A stretch of DNA of 64,000 bases. Origin: Octopus sinensis. Its lineage: Eukaryota. The stretch is taken from contig NC_043013.1 in the NCBI RefSeq assembly GCF_006345805.1, forward strand, positions 8,742,001-8,806,000, written 5' to 3'. Below, one piece after another: positions 1-12,992 of this stretch (positions within the stretch are counted from its first letter, which is position 1; the number at the start of each line of letters is the position of its first letter). A model generated the notes under the pieces. That model had not been told where the DNA came from, did not search any database, and was given only the letters and a program-made list of their open reading frames with translations. The position numbers and the translations under genes were made by a program.

Positions 1-153
1 TTTAGACATTCACTAGTACAACACTAAGTACAAAACCAAATATGTGGCACCCTAGGTATAACACCAACATGAACTTCCAACCGGTTGTCTCTTGAGGTCT
101 TTGGGTGAGACTTGGAGTTGGCTTGTGCAAATGTAAAGCAAAAGTCAAACATA

Positions 154-201
<48 letters not shown>

Positions 202-226
202 TAATAACAATAATAACAATAATAAC

Positions 227-269
<43 letters not shown>

Positions 270-1138
270 TATCTGGGGAGAGTAATTTTCTTTTTGTGCT
301 TTATAATTTAACACACACACCGGTAAAATTTCCACTTATTTCTTATTTTTATTGTAGATAGATGTATGAGTGTGTGTGGGTGGGTGTATGTATATATGTG
401 TATATGCACGTATGTAAGCATATGGATATGAAAATAAACAGATCAACATACAGACGGATAGGTACATAGGTTATAAGAACAGACAAGCACACATACGCAA
501 ATGAAGACTGACACACATGACCATATATACACACACACTTTTCTTCACACAGGGACACATATGGAAACACATGTCCACACATATGGAGATGCACATCCAT
601 ACATAGAAAGATGGTACGTAGTTGCAAAACACACACACACACACACACACACTCAGACATGCACACACGAGGAGACAGAGGTACATACATATACAAACAC
701 ATGCACATACATACAGATTCACGCATATACATACATATGCATACACACACATGCAAGCATGCATAGGTACACACACACACACACTGATCCACACACATTC
801 GCACACACAAACAAAAGGGAATGCAGTGTAAATAACGGACAGAGTCAAGACTCTTGAAAAGGTTGCAAGACGCAACGAAAATTATAGGAAAAAAAAAATG
901 AGAAATAAGTGGAAATTTTACTGGTTAGTGTGTTACATTATAAGGCACAAAAAGAGAATGACTCTCCCCAAATACAACAGAATATGCTTCAACACACCAA
1001 CTCACATAAAGAATCTTGTAAACCAAATCCAAAAACGAAAATTAATAATAATAATAATGATGCTGATGATGGTTTCTTTTATTGACCACAAGACATGGAG
1101 TACAATATCAAATGATGAGTTTCAGCACACAAAAACAA

Positions 1139-1185
<47 letters not shown>

Positions 1186-1439
1186 GATCCCTGGCTTACC
1201 ATCCCTGCAAGAAGTGCAAAAGATTGTCTTAACTGGTACATCACACGTATTGAGAAGAGCATTGTCGCTGTGAGAACTATTACTACCCATGTAGTAATAG
1301 ATTTTTAACTTAAAAAAAAAAAATGAACGGACTATTGAGTTAAGTTTAATGGCCTACCAATGTATACTATGAGTTTCTTTGCCCTAGGAATCGGGAAGAC
1401 ACTCGGCAAGAAATGGAAGCAAATTTGAAAGAAAAAGAT
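1186..1439 (+). mobile_element. 3' end of R4/Dong-like (RLE-type) non-LTR retrotransposon
   Basis: Encodes IPGLPSLQEVQKIVLTGTSHVLRRALSL*, a typical C-terminus of RLE-type LINEs, followed by a short 3' UTR; (TAA)n on both sides. Confidence 0.65.
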
Positions 1440-2129
1440 AATAATAATAATAATAGTAATAGTAATAATAATAATAATAATAATCACCATCATCTGGAAG
1501 GTTCTTGACATCTAAGGCTGCTTGTTGTAATCTGATGGTAGGAGTTTTTTCCAACAGTCTAATTTGTTGTGTGTTTGTATGTATATGAAATAATAATAAT
1601 AATGATGATGATGGTGATGATGGTCACTCCCATTGATTTATTGATTTTGAGGCATGAATATTTAAAGGAAAATATAAAAGGGAAACGGGACTAAAAATAA
1701 AAGAAGCTGTGTTTATTTGCGATGGATGTGTGAATGTAATTTGAGTCCCGGGGTATGGATTTTGATCTTGCCACAAATTGGACAAACGTGTGTGTTGATT
1801 GCAGGATATAATTCTTATATATTGTTCTCTTACTTCAACTGAAATTGTTTAGATGCATCATGACACCTTTTATGCCATTCACACTGATCTAGGCAATAAC
1901 TTTCCCAAGATGTTTAAATTAATCCTTTCATATTATAAGCACAAGACCTGAGATTTTGGTGTATTTCCTTGGCCCTGGTGCTCAACAGGTACTTATTTTA
2001 TCGACCCGGAAAGGATGGAAGGCTGAGTCCACCTTGGTGGAATTTGAACTCAGAGCATGATGACAGATAAAATGCTGCTAAGCAATTTGCCTGGCATGCT
2101 AGTGATTCTGCCAACTCACTACCTTAATG

Positions 2130-2180
<51 letters not shown>

Positions 2181-2181
<1 letters not shown>

Positions 2182-2625
2182 ACACAGATAGAGAAATTAA
2201 GGCCAACAAACCAGATATAGTTATCAGAGATCATGAAGAAAAAAATGCTTTCTAATTGATGTATCAATACCGGCTGATGACAACGTGTCTCTAAAAGAAA
2301 TGGAGAAACTTTCAAAATACAAAGACCTGGAAATAGAGGTAACCAGAATGTGGAATCTAAAAACAGAAACAATTCCTATCATAGTAGGTGCATTAGGCAT
2401 GATAAAAAAATATTCAGACAAATACATAACAAAAACACCAGGACTTACAAACACATATAACATACAGAAAATTGCACTACTAGGCACTGCACACATCCTA
2501 CGCAAAACACTTTCCATACAGTAACCATCAGAGCATCACAACAAATCACAGCACATACCCAAGGCACACAGAGCTGCGCTCGGTAGTGAAATGAAAGCAC
2601 GCTATGAAAATAAAACTACTGAATG

Positions 2626-2627
<2 letters not shown>
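2181..2627 (+). mobile_element. 5'-truncated R4/Dong-like non-LTR retrotransposon (restriction-like endonuclease domain)
   Basis: NKPDIVIRDHEE-(1-bp frameshift)-CFLIDVSIPADDNVSLKEMEKLSKYKDL...IPIIVGALG...IQKIALLGTAHILRKTL is a PD-(D/E)xK RLE domain; flanked by (TAA)n at both ends. Confidence 0.85.
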
Positions 2628-2689
<62 letters not shown>

Positions 2690-2871
2690 TAATAATAATA
2701 ACATTATCAATAACAACAACAACAATCATGATGATGATTGATGAATTGGGTTTTTTATTTAGGTACAAGACAAGCAATTTTGAAGGGAGAGGCTAACCCC
2801 AGTACTTGACTGGTACTTTATTTAATTGATGTTGGCAAGATTTGAAATCAGAGTGTAATGGGTTGTAACAC

Positions 2872-2906
<35 letters not shown>

Positions 2907-3309
2907 TTCACTATGAAAATGTGTCAGTATTATGGATTCCAGTCAGAAATAAAATTAGTTGTAGTAAAAACCATAAATATCAAAAATTTGTAGAAAGCAA
3001 TCATGTGACCTCTCTGGAACACAATTCTTACTGTCAAAGAATGGATGTTATTTTTAAAGAGCAACAGCTTGAAAAAGGTAAAGAAAAAAATTGTCCCTTA
3101 ATAAAGACATCGTTTTCAGTAGATGTCATTAAAGAATTGGAAATAGAGATGTCCCATAATGTGGTGATTGAAAGCATAATTAATTCCTATAATAACAGGT
3201 CTGATTAGAATTGTTAATTAAAATGAAGAGAGAGAGAGACATATAACCAAAGATCACAAAACAAGACTGTCTGCATATATATATGTATGTATGCCTGTCT
3301 GTGTGTGTG

Positions 3310-3385
<76 letters not shown>

Positions 3386-3439
3386 GTATATATATATATA
3401 TATATATAATATATATATATATATGTATGTATGTATGCC

Positions 3440-3473
<34 letters not shown>

Positions 3474-3502
3474 GTATGTATGTATGCCTCTGTGTGTGTG
3501 TG

Positions 3503-3546
<44 letters not shown>

Positions 3547-6065
3547 TATATACACACATATACACACACATGCATATATAATACTTGAATCAAAATCTTA
3601 CTTATTTTTGTGTCTGTGCCTACATACATGTGTGTTTGCTTCTGAGTGTATATTCGTACACACACACACACACAAGCACATACACACTCATACATTATTG
3701 TTAAAAACTTGATTGGAAATTCATATGAACTGTTAACTACCGAAAAAAATGGCAGCCATACTTGTTAATACGCATTGTTAATATATATATATATATGATC
3801 TGTTATGGAAATATCTGAATTCAACTATTACCTCAGCAAAATAAAAAAAAAGAAAAAGAAAAGCAAAACTAATTTTCTTTTTTTTTTTTGTTAAACTTTA
3901 AACAGTTCTCGAAAGAAAACTCTTTCCTCTCCTCTTCTTTTCCTTAATCCCTGTTTTATGATTAATAATATGATGCTGAGATTCTAATGAGGAGACCATC
4001 TATCATAACTAACAGGAATACAGACACCGAGTGGTAAATATTGTATATTATCTCTGAACTGAGCAAGTGTCTACGACGGCCAACCTTAAGTTACTTGATG
4101 AGCCATGGCCCTGAGAGAAATTTTGCATGGTGGAACTATACACCTCTCAAGTTCCTTTTGCCCACTCTCAAAAAAAAAGGCTTCAAGGGATTTCTTTTTC
4201 ATTTCCTGTTTTTTTTTTTGTTTTGTTTTTTTGACAGGGGCAGGATATTCATGGCCTCTATTTGGCTCTACAGGAAAGCCCCAGACCAATGCATCAACTG
4301 AAGCCTACTCTAACAGGCCTTACTGATAAGTGGGCATCTATCATTGTTAAGGGGAACATATGTATTAATGTGTTAGCTGAACTGGATTTATTAAACATTG
4401 ATGTTGGATGAACACATGCTATCATCTGAACAAATGTTTTGTTTATATGTTTACACAAGTAAGAGACCTTATGTGGACCTGTTGAAGGAATAGAATGAAC
4501 ATGTTGGGGGCAGACATGCCTATATCTGCTCCCTAAACATTGTATTATTGCTGAAATACATGACACCTGAATTGCATGTTTGAGTTGCAGTTGCTGGCAC
4601 AGTGATGCATCAGTTTTAACATTTGACCCTCAGAAGAGGAGGGGTCAGTAAAAAAAAAAAGCGAAAAAAAACCCAAACTTACTGTCTTTAATTTGGTTTT
4701 TGTGCTTATCCTCACCAATGGTCGTGAATGTCGAGGAATGACCGAAAGCCTATAATCGCAAATAACAAGCAGCCAAAGTGGGGTTCCTCTGAAGGCTCTC
4801 AGAATCACCATTACTCATCAGAGTGTATAGCTCAGAGATAAGGAATGCTCTCCAGGTCAAGCAGCTGCTCTCCTGCATTGAGAAATCACAGCTCTGCATC
4901 TATGGCTGTTATTAAACATGCTTTTATCTGCCTACTGAGCATGTCCTCTCCTGCATTGAGGGTCACAGCCCTGCTGTTAAAGTCACATGATTAGAATGTC
5001 ACAAGGAAGGATTGCAAGACAAATTCTTCAAGCAGAGCCAACTGGCAGAAAATGTAAGGGTTGATCAAGAATAAGATGGTTTGCTTACATCCATGGTCTC
5101 ATTTGGTCATACTCGGAAATCCAGTCAGAATGTGTAATGACGGTTGCTTCTGATTGGACTGTACGGAGGAGGTGTCTGAGGATTCTACTCCCACTATCCC
5201 ACCCAGGAATACTGGGCAGAGGAACTGGATGAATGGATACGTACATATCTTAAAAGTGAACTCAGTGAACGTATATCACTGATAGGTAAATATGTAATTT
5301 GTAAGGCGAATGTATATATATATCATCTTTGAGGAAACATGTCCAGTTATAAAAGGATACACGCCATTACATGTAAACACATATCACATGCTAACTATAT
5401 CATTATATTACTATCATGCTAACCATATAGAAAATTTCTTGTAATAATGATTGTTATTAATTAACTATTAAAAAAAAAAAATGAAAGACTCTGAAACAAA
5501 ACAATGGTTGATTTTCATTAGATAAATCTCCATGATTCTACAAGATTAGATAAGTCAACAGAATAAAGATTAATGCATAATAGCACCGTGATTAATCTTT
5601 ATCTTTGATACACCTTACTGGAATGCTTATGATTGTAAATGAAATTAAAATGACAAAAAAATGAAAATAAAAAAAATTAAAAAATTGTAATTCTGAAACA
5701 AATGCTGGATGTTAAATACAGTGTTTTGTTTACGATATTTTCAGCACCGCAAGAGAACGGACAAAACTGTAGCCTTATATAGTCAAAACAAAAGACAAAA
5801 AAAAAAAATGGTTAAAAAAATTGAAGAATATGTATTTATGCATAGATCTATAGATATGTGTGTGTATATGTATTTATGTGTGTGTGTATATACATATATG
5901 CATATATATATATATACATATGCATGCATATAAATATACATATACACATGCACACATGTGAAATACAAAGATACATGCATATATACATATGTATATACAC
6001 ACATGCATACACATATAATACAAAGATATATATGCATATATATGATGTATATACATTATATACAT

Positions 6066-6118
<53 letters not shown>

Positions 6119-6865
6119 GTACATACATACATAAACACACACATACACACATGCAAGCAAAAGAGACAGAATAAAAATCTTTGAAATTTAATCCCATAAT
6201 TGTCACCAATTGTTCCATGTCATGTTCAAGAGAAAGATATTGCCGTCTTTTCTTTCTCATGTAATTTGGCTCTTAGAAAATTGCACAAATAATATTCCTT
6301 ATATCAAAGAAATAAGAGCTATACTTCATAATATTTTCAACATTTTAATTTCATTTTATTTTCTGTTTTTGTTAAATTTAGTTGAACGATAATATAATAT
6401 AACAATGTTTGAAAATATATAAATATATAAAAAAAAAAAAAAATTCCATCAAGCAACACAAAAAAATAATAAATAAATGTAAAAATTTGAAAAAAATTAA
6501 GAAGAACAAAAAAAAAAAAAAAGAAAGTTCTGGAATTAAATCTATCTGTTGTAGTGAAATGGTGACCACAAAACTTTGCCAGTAGCTAGTTTACTAATAT
6601 GTAGCCGACCTGAAGATATTTAGAAGTCCGTATAACCTCTCACTGTTCAACATGTGAGGACTTGCTTAGACGTTGAGAATTTTTCCACAAGCTCACTTAT
6701 TTTGATTGTTCAAAAGAGAATTTACAATGTATATTAATGTACATAATTCTGTCATTATGTTGTTCTGTTGAAATATAAATATTAAAAACTGTATTTTCTT
6801 CTATCTATTTTGTCTGGTTTTCAGTTTTCTTTGAAATATTTAATATGCTTTCATATATATATATA

Positions 6866-7260
6866 TCTTTATATATAAAAGAGAGGTTGTGTGCTGTCTG
6901 TCTCCTACGATTTAGATTCCTAACTACTCCCACATTTTGCGGTGCAGTTTAACCAAAACCGGGTATCTTATAGTCGTGATTCATATCGAGCCCTTCTAGG
7001 TATTAGTGCGCGTCTACGATGAGTCTACGATTTAAAAAAAAATTTACCATCAATTTTTCCCATTTTTAATGCATTTTTGGCATATATAAGGGAAGTAACT
7101 CTCTAAAAATTTATTATTAAATCTCAGAAGGTAAAAAGCTACAATAACACCCCCACTTTGTGGTTAGCCATATTGAGATAGCTATTATACTTTACATCTC
7201 TAAAAATGCTTATATAGTTATTTCCCTTACAAATCCGAGCAACGCCGGGCGATACTGCTA

Positions 7261-7261
<1 letters not shown>
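6866..7261 (+). mobile_element. Non-autonomous Helitron (family H1)
   Basis: A|TCTTTATATATAAAA start; 3' GC-rich segment GAGCAACGCCGGGC followed by CTAG|T; inserted at an AT dinucleotide; second copy at 34322-34630. Confidence 0.8.
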
Positions 7262-7296
<35 letters not shown>

Positions 7297-7301
<5 letters not shown>

Positions 7302-7590
7302 CCAGTGGTTAGGGCAGCGGACTCGCGGTCGTAGGATTGCGGTTCTGATTCCCAAACCGGGCGTTTTGAGTGTTTATTGAGCGAAAACACCTATAGCTCC
7401 ACAAGGCTCTGGCAGGGGGTGGTGGCGATCCCTGCTGTACTCTTTCGCCACAACTTTCTCTCACTCTTTCTTCTGTTGGCCTGCTCACTTAGCCAGCTGG
7501 GTGGTGTCATTTGAAGGTTAAAACAATGCGAAGCACATTGTGACCAGCGATGTGTAGCAACATCTGGTAGCCAAGTCGGTCATGGTGATA
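7297..7590 (+). mobile_element. tRNA(Arg)-like-headed SINE (octopus OR-type), tail variant 1
   Basis: A-box TGGCCCAGTGG and B-box-like GGTTCTGATTCC; head and centre shared with the SINE at 26778-27168 but with a different 3' tail; tail-only copy at ~59885-60010. Confidence 0.7.
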
Positions 7591-8309
7591 TATATATTTA
7601 CTCTTTTACTTGTTTCAGTCATTTGACTGTGGCCATGCTGGAGCACTTGCCCAATGTGCCACACAGTGGGAATGAACCTGGAACTATGTGGTTGGTAAGC
7701 AAGCTACTTACCACACAGCCACTCCTGCGCATATATATATGTGTGTGTGTGTGTATATAAGTACAGGTGTAGATGTGTCATTAAGGAAGCTTGCTTCTCA
7801 ACCTTGTCTCAGATTTGGTCCCATTGCATGGCACTTTGAGCAAGTGTCTTGTATTCTAATCCTAGGCTGATCAAAGTCTTTTGAGTGAATTTGGTAAAGA
7901 GAAACTGAAAGAAGCCTATAGTATATGTGTGTATGTATGTATATTTACAACCCTGGCTGACCAAGGCCTTTTCTCTTCAGTTGTAGAAAGGTTATGTACC
8001 ACTGAGTTTGAAGAGTCACCTGTATCACTAAGAACTTTATAAGTGTGAAACCAATGGTCACTCCTTGAACAGCTACAACCAATAACCTTTTAAGTGTGTG
8101 TATATATATATAATTAAGATTCAGCTGAGGCACCAACTGTCCAGCATCATCCACACAGCTCAAAATAAGGTGAACAAGAGCACTCAGTGCAAACCCCCTA
8201 CCAAGGCAACATCAACATCCTCTCAACGATTAACTGGAGATGGTTTTTAAAATGAGAATATCTGAAATAAACTCGTCTTCTCTTACAAATGAGAATACTA
8301 AAAATGAAC

Positions 8310-8537
8310 TTGACCACTCTCAAAAATTAAGTAAAAAAAACAGAAAAATAATCCAGAATTCTTGTCTGGTACTGGATCGATCCCAAAATCTAATCAGTTC
8401 ATGCCAGTCATGAGGCCAAACATCCCTGAAAGTTTCATCTAAATCCATCTTGTGGTTCTTGAGATATCTTGTCCATGGACAAACAAACAAACACGACTGA
8501 AAACAATACCTCTGCATTTGCTAAGGCGGAGGTAATA
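8310..8537 (-). mobile_element. Possible Helentron-associated (HINE-like) element fragment
   Basis: Ends in the hairpin-like ACCTCTGC...AAGGCGGAGGTAATAA next to (ACAA)n, resembling HINE termini; recognised from memory of the motif only. Confidence 0.35.
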
Positions 8538-8542
8538 AAAAT

Positions 8543-8894
8543 CAAATAAGTAACAAGGCTGTCCAGGTATCAGTGCATTACAGCCACTTCAGGTGGCTCC
8601 ATTTAATCAAACAATGCAAGCATTACTCCATTATAATTTTTAACAAACATTTCTTCATAACTAGAGAATAAAAGAATTACATGTTTGCTGTTATTATTGT
8701 AGAAGGATGAACTTAGGGAGTACATAATTATAATTATAATGGAGTATCCTATATGTTGAAAACCTAAATGGTCTTATGCATCCAAAGTAGGTGGTGTATT
8801 TCAAATGGATGTAATGCTTGCATGGTTTCATTAAATGGGGCTGCCTGAAAGGGCCGTAATGCACTGATACCTGGACAGCCTTGTTACTTATTTG
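8543..8894. mobile_element. Foldback MITE with ~65-bp terminal inverted repeats
   Basis: CAAATAAGTAACAAGGCTGTCCAGGTATCAGTGCATTAC... at the left end is reverse-complementary to ...GTAATGCACTGATACCTGGACAGCCTTGTTACTTATTTG at the right end. Confidence 0.75.
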
Positions 8895-8909
8895 CTTTAT
8901 ATATATATA

Positions 8910-9349
8910 CTAGCAGCATAGCCCGGCATTGCCCGGGTATGTAAGAGCCCCTAGTAGGCAACGACTAATCCCAATCTAGTCCTTTCCCTCTAGGGAACGA
9001 AGGCGCATGTGTAGGTTGCAATGTCTTCCCTTCACTCGAATACTTCTGTGTATACGATGTTCCTAGCTGTCCCTTTGGGCGATAAAAAGGTCAAGTTGTG
9101 TCCCCTAGACAGAAAATGTGTTGCATATAAAAAGCTTAGATTCTCGACCCCATGTCGAATTTATCGATTTTTTTCAGAACTGGGGGAACTTTTCAAAATT
9201 TTCGCTGCGGTAGTTTTGAATTATGACATTGGGCTATGTGTGTGTCAAGTTTCATCAGAATCGGTTGAAAGCCGTGGTCAGGGTGAGGGTACAACCTGAC
9301 AGACACACAGACACACAGACAGACAAACTGCCGTTTATATATAGAGAGA
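8910..9349 (-). mobile_element. Non-autonomous Helitron (family H2)
   Basis: Minus strand starts A|TCTCTCTATATATAAA with a (TCTG/TG)n tract and ends CCCGGGCAATGCCGGGC-TATGCTG-CTAG|T. Confidence 0.8.
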
Positions 9350-9525
9350 TTTATAGATAATACATCAAGAATAACTATTGTTTCTTTCAAAAGAGACAAA
9401 GAGTTAATAGGACTGCAAAAAAGAAGTGCTCAAATAAATGAGGCAATGATAGTTAAACATTGGTCATAGAACAAACATTAAAGTGAGTTAACGACTTTAT
9501 ATGCAGTATCAAACCTCCAACATAC

Positions 9526-9950
9526 ATCATCATCATCATCATCGTTTAACGTCCGCTTTCCATGCTAGCATGGGTTGGACGGTTCAACTGGGGTCTGGGA
9601 AGCCAGAAGGCTGCACCAGGCCCAGTCTGATCTGGCAGTGTTTCTACAGCTGGATGCCCTTCCTAATGCCAACCACCCCATGAGTGTAGTGGGTGCTTTT
9701 TATGTGCCACCAGCATGGAGGCCAGGCGAGACTGGCACGGCCACGATCGGATGGTGTTTGTTACGTGCCACCAGCACGGAGGCCAGGCGAGACTGGCACG
9801 GCCACGATCAGATGGTGTTTGTTATGTGCCACCAGCATGGAGGCCAGTCGATGCGGTACTGGCTACGGCCACGTTCGGATGGTTTTCTTATGTGCCACCG
9901 GCAATTACAAATTCCATTGATGTTGATCGATTTCGATTTGATTCTTTGAT
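9526..9950 (-). mobile_element. RTE LINE 3'-end copy with 61-bp internal tandem repeat
   Basis: (CAT)n then CGTTTAACGTCCGC, matching the 3' tail of the RTEs at 12993-16910 and 35293-37290; 61-bp units start at 9701, 9762 and 9823. Other short RTE 3' copies at ~16985-17125, 18368-18616, 19030-19270, 34652-34820, 40378-40900, 46966-47152, 49607-49795, 54290-54505, 60100-60400 and 61483-61632. Confidence 0.85.
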
Positions 9951-9971
9951 TTTTGATTTATATAAATAAAT

Positions 9972-10122
9972 ATTACCAGATGGAATAAACTGCCTGCATC
10001 AGTTGTTGACTGCCATGACACTGCATCCTTTAAGGCCCTCATGCTTTCTGAAATCCGCCGAAACTACACCTGATTATATATACACTTTAGATGAGTTGTA
10101 GTGCACCTGAGCACTGTACACA

Positions 10123-10172
<50 letters not shown>
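9972..10172 (+). mobile_element. CR1/L2-type LINE 3' end with (ATT)n tail
   Basis: Translates TRWNKLPASVVDCHDTASFKAL (the WN.LP..VV......FK C-terminal motif); same family on the minus strand at ~31790-31905. Confidence 0.65.
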
Positions 10173-10176
<4 letters not shown>

Positions 10177-10932
10177 AGAAAACGAGATAACAAAGGGAAA
10201 ACTATGAGTCCACTGTATCTTATAGCAGAAACAGGTGTAAGCCAATGAAGTGTATAACAATCGTTTCTTCCTTTGTCATCTCAATTTGTTATTACCACTC
10301 TATAATTGTTTGATACTTTGTTCTGAAACATGCATATATTGAGTTCTACACCAGGTTATTTGTCTCGTAATACCTAAGTGAAACGTGTATGTGTGTGTGT
10401 GTGTGTGTTTTCAGGCCTTGAATTAACACGAATAGTTGTGAGTGTCACTGTCATACAAGCAGTGTCGTTCATTTATTCTCTTCTATGGCAATATGTGTGG
10501 AGGCCATGGGGAAATATATAGTAAGAAGCTTGCTTCCCAACCACAAGGCTTTGGTCGGCCCAAGGCTATAGTAGAAGACACTTGCCCAAGTTGCCATCCA
10601 GTGGGACTGAACCCGGAACCATGTGGTTGGTAAGCAAGCTACTTACCACACAGCCACTCCTGCGCCTATATGCATGTATACAAAATGGCTGACAGTTAGT
10701 AAGGAGAGACACACAAATAAGAAAGAAGAAAACAAAGGACCACTGATGCAGTCACAGGAGTGTGACCAAAGGAACTCTGGCCAAAATAAGATTAAGTTTA
10801 ATGTAAAAATAAATAACACTGAAGCAAAGTAACACCAAATATATAGTGTGTGTGTTTTTATTGGCTAAACTGGCAAAATGACCATTCCGAAATACAACAA
10901 TATCTGTTTCAACACACGATTTCACATAAAAA

Positions 10933-10967
<35 letters not shown>

Positions 10968-11474
10968 TTATATATATATATATGTTAGTGTTTGTTTTTA
11001 TGTCAAAATATAACAGAAGCAATTTTATATTAAACTGAAGGATTACCCAATACTTCTTTTTGCAGAGTATCAATTTAAAAAAAAGAAGACTTTTCCAAGA
11101 AGAATAGTGAGATTGACTTTGAAGCTTTGACCTGAAAGTCATCTGTCTCATAATGGTTAGCAGGCTAAAACTTCGAAGTCACTGTTATCTATCTTCTTGT
11201 AAAAGGACAATGCATATATATATACATATATATAAACAATACATACATACATTTTTATATATATATATATATGTGTGTGTGGTTAGATCGTAGGTGATCT
11301 ATTTCTAGCATATTGGATGTCCACTTAGTGGTCATTCCCTTCTTATAAGCATCATGTAATACAATTTTTCTGGTTTTTCAAATTTTTCTATATGCTAGGC
11401 CACTGGTTTTAAATTGATGTTAATTAAATTAATATTCAATTTATCATCCTCATTATTTAAATTTTATATATATA

Positions 11475-11894
11475 GGCGCAGGAGTGGCTGTGTGGTAAGT
11501 AGCTTGCTAACCAACCACATGGTTCCGGCTTCAGTCCCACTGTGTGGCATCTTGGGCAAGTGTCTTCTGTTATAGCCTCAGGCCGACCAATACCTTTTGA
11601 GTGGATTTGGTAGACGGAAACTGAAAGAAGCCTGTCGTATATATGTATATATATATATATATATGTGTGTGTATGTGTGTGTGTCTGTGTTTGTCCCCCT
11701 AGCATTGCTTGACAACCGATGCTGGTGTGTTTACGTCCCCATCACTTAGCGGTTCGGCAAAAAAGACCAATAGAATAAGTACTGGGCTTACAAAGAATAA
11801 GTCCCGGGGTCGAGTTGCTCGATTAAAGGCGGTGCTCCAGCATGGCCGCAGTCAAATGACTGAAACATGTAAAAGAGTAAAAGAGTAAAAGAGT
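11475..11894 (+). mobile_element. Full-length tRNA-derived SINE (family A, ~400 bp)
   Basis: GGCGCAGGAGTGGCTGTGTGG head, CCTTGGGCAAG core, central (TA)/(TG)n tract and (AAAAGAGT)n tail. Other copies at ~37580-38017(-), 39870-40340(-), 41127-41503(+), 45944-46339(+), 46739-47327(-), 48597-48980(+), 51240-51660(+) and 61630-61925(+). Confidence 0.85.
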
Positions 11895-12881
11895 ATATAT
11901 ATAACACGAGATGCAGCACAGAGTTTGTCAGTGAACAGGTCGCGGTCTTAAAGCGATGAAAATATTTTGACAAATTAAACTTAAATGTTGAAGTGAATCG
12001 AACGGCTTTTGTGTGTTTCTTAAATGGCTTATAAACACCTTCCACGCTGCAATTGTTTTCGTTTCAGCACACGATCTCAGATCAAATACTTGCTATGCGA
12101 GTACATCTCCGTAATAGTATATATAATATATATATATATATAATATATATATATATATGTGGTATGTATGTATATATATATATATATATATGTATGTATA
12201 ATGTATATATATGTAAAGGAGTAGGGATTTGGAATCTGGGAAGATACCTGATATAATCCAGATTGGCTAACTACATTGAATGACTGGGAACATATAGATT
12301 GTTTCTTAAAACAATTACATGGTGCTGCACTCAATTGGGAAATCTTGAGTTTGTTTCATTGAATTTCATACAGCACAGAGTGTATAATATATTCAAGATG
12401 CCATAAAGAGGAATGGATTTTTTTTTTTTGTGGATTGTGACTAAATATGATTAAGATTTCAACTTACTTTACTCGTCTCAATCAATACTACATTTCTAAT
12501 ATTCAAAAAAGTATAAAACTTTATTGCTATGGCCTGGTCTGAAAACCCAAATTAAATCAATATTTGTTTATTTCCTCTGTATTCATCCATTTTCCCTTTT
12601 ATTTCCTCTTTCTTTCGATTTCTTTTAAACCTGTCTGTTTATCTTACGTGGTATCAATTTATCCTCATAATGAGCGCTCAGTGAGATAAATGCATCCTGG
12701 TCTAATTAAGGTTTTTTTTTTTCCACTACAGGGTATATAAAATAATCTATCCCCTTGGTCTCTTTGACTGAACCGCTAGGTCATGGAGATGTAACCACAC
12801 CAACACTGGTTGTCAAGTGGTGGTAGGGAACAAACAAAAACATAAAAATAACTCATATATATATATATGTGTATATACATA

Positions 12882-12923
<42 letters not shown>

Positions 12924-12992
12924 GTTCGTCATCGTTTAACGTCCGCTTATATATATATATGTATGTATATGTATATATATATATATATATAT

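Noticed and set aside
2858-3208. 116-aa + strand ORF with a non-repetitive C-terminal part
   Set aside because: It starts in a (TAA)n tract, has no recognisable domain and no convincing splice partners.
6530-6612. Possible minus-strand terminal exon (RLHISKLATGKVLWSPFHYNR*) before an AT-rich UTR-like region
   Set aside because: Weak acceptor, no recognisable homology and no linked upstream exons; cannot be supported without RNA data.
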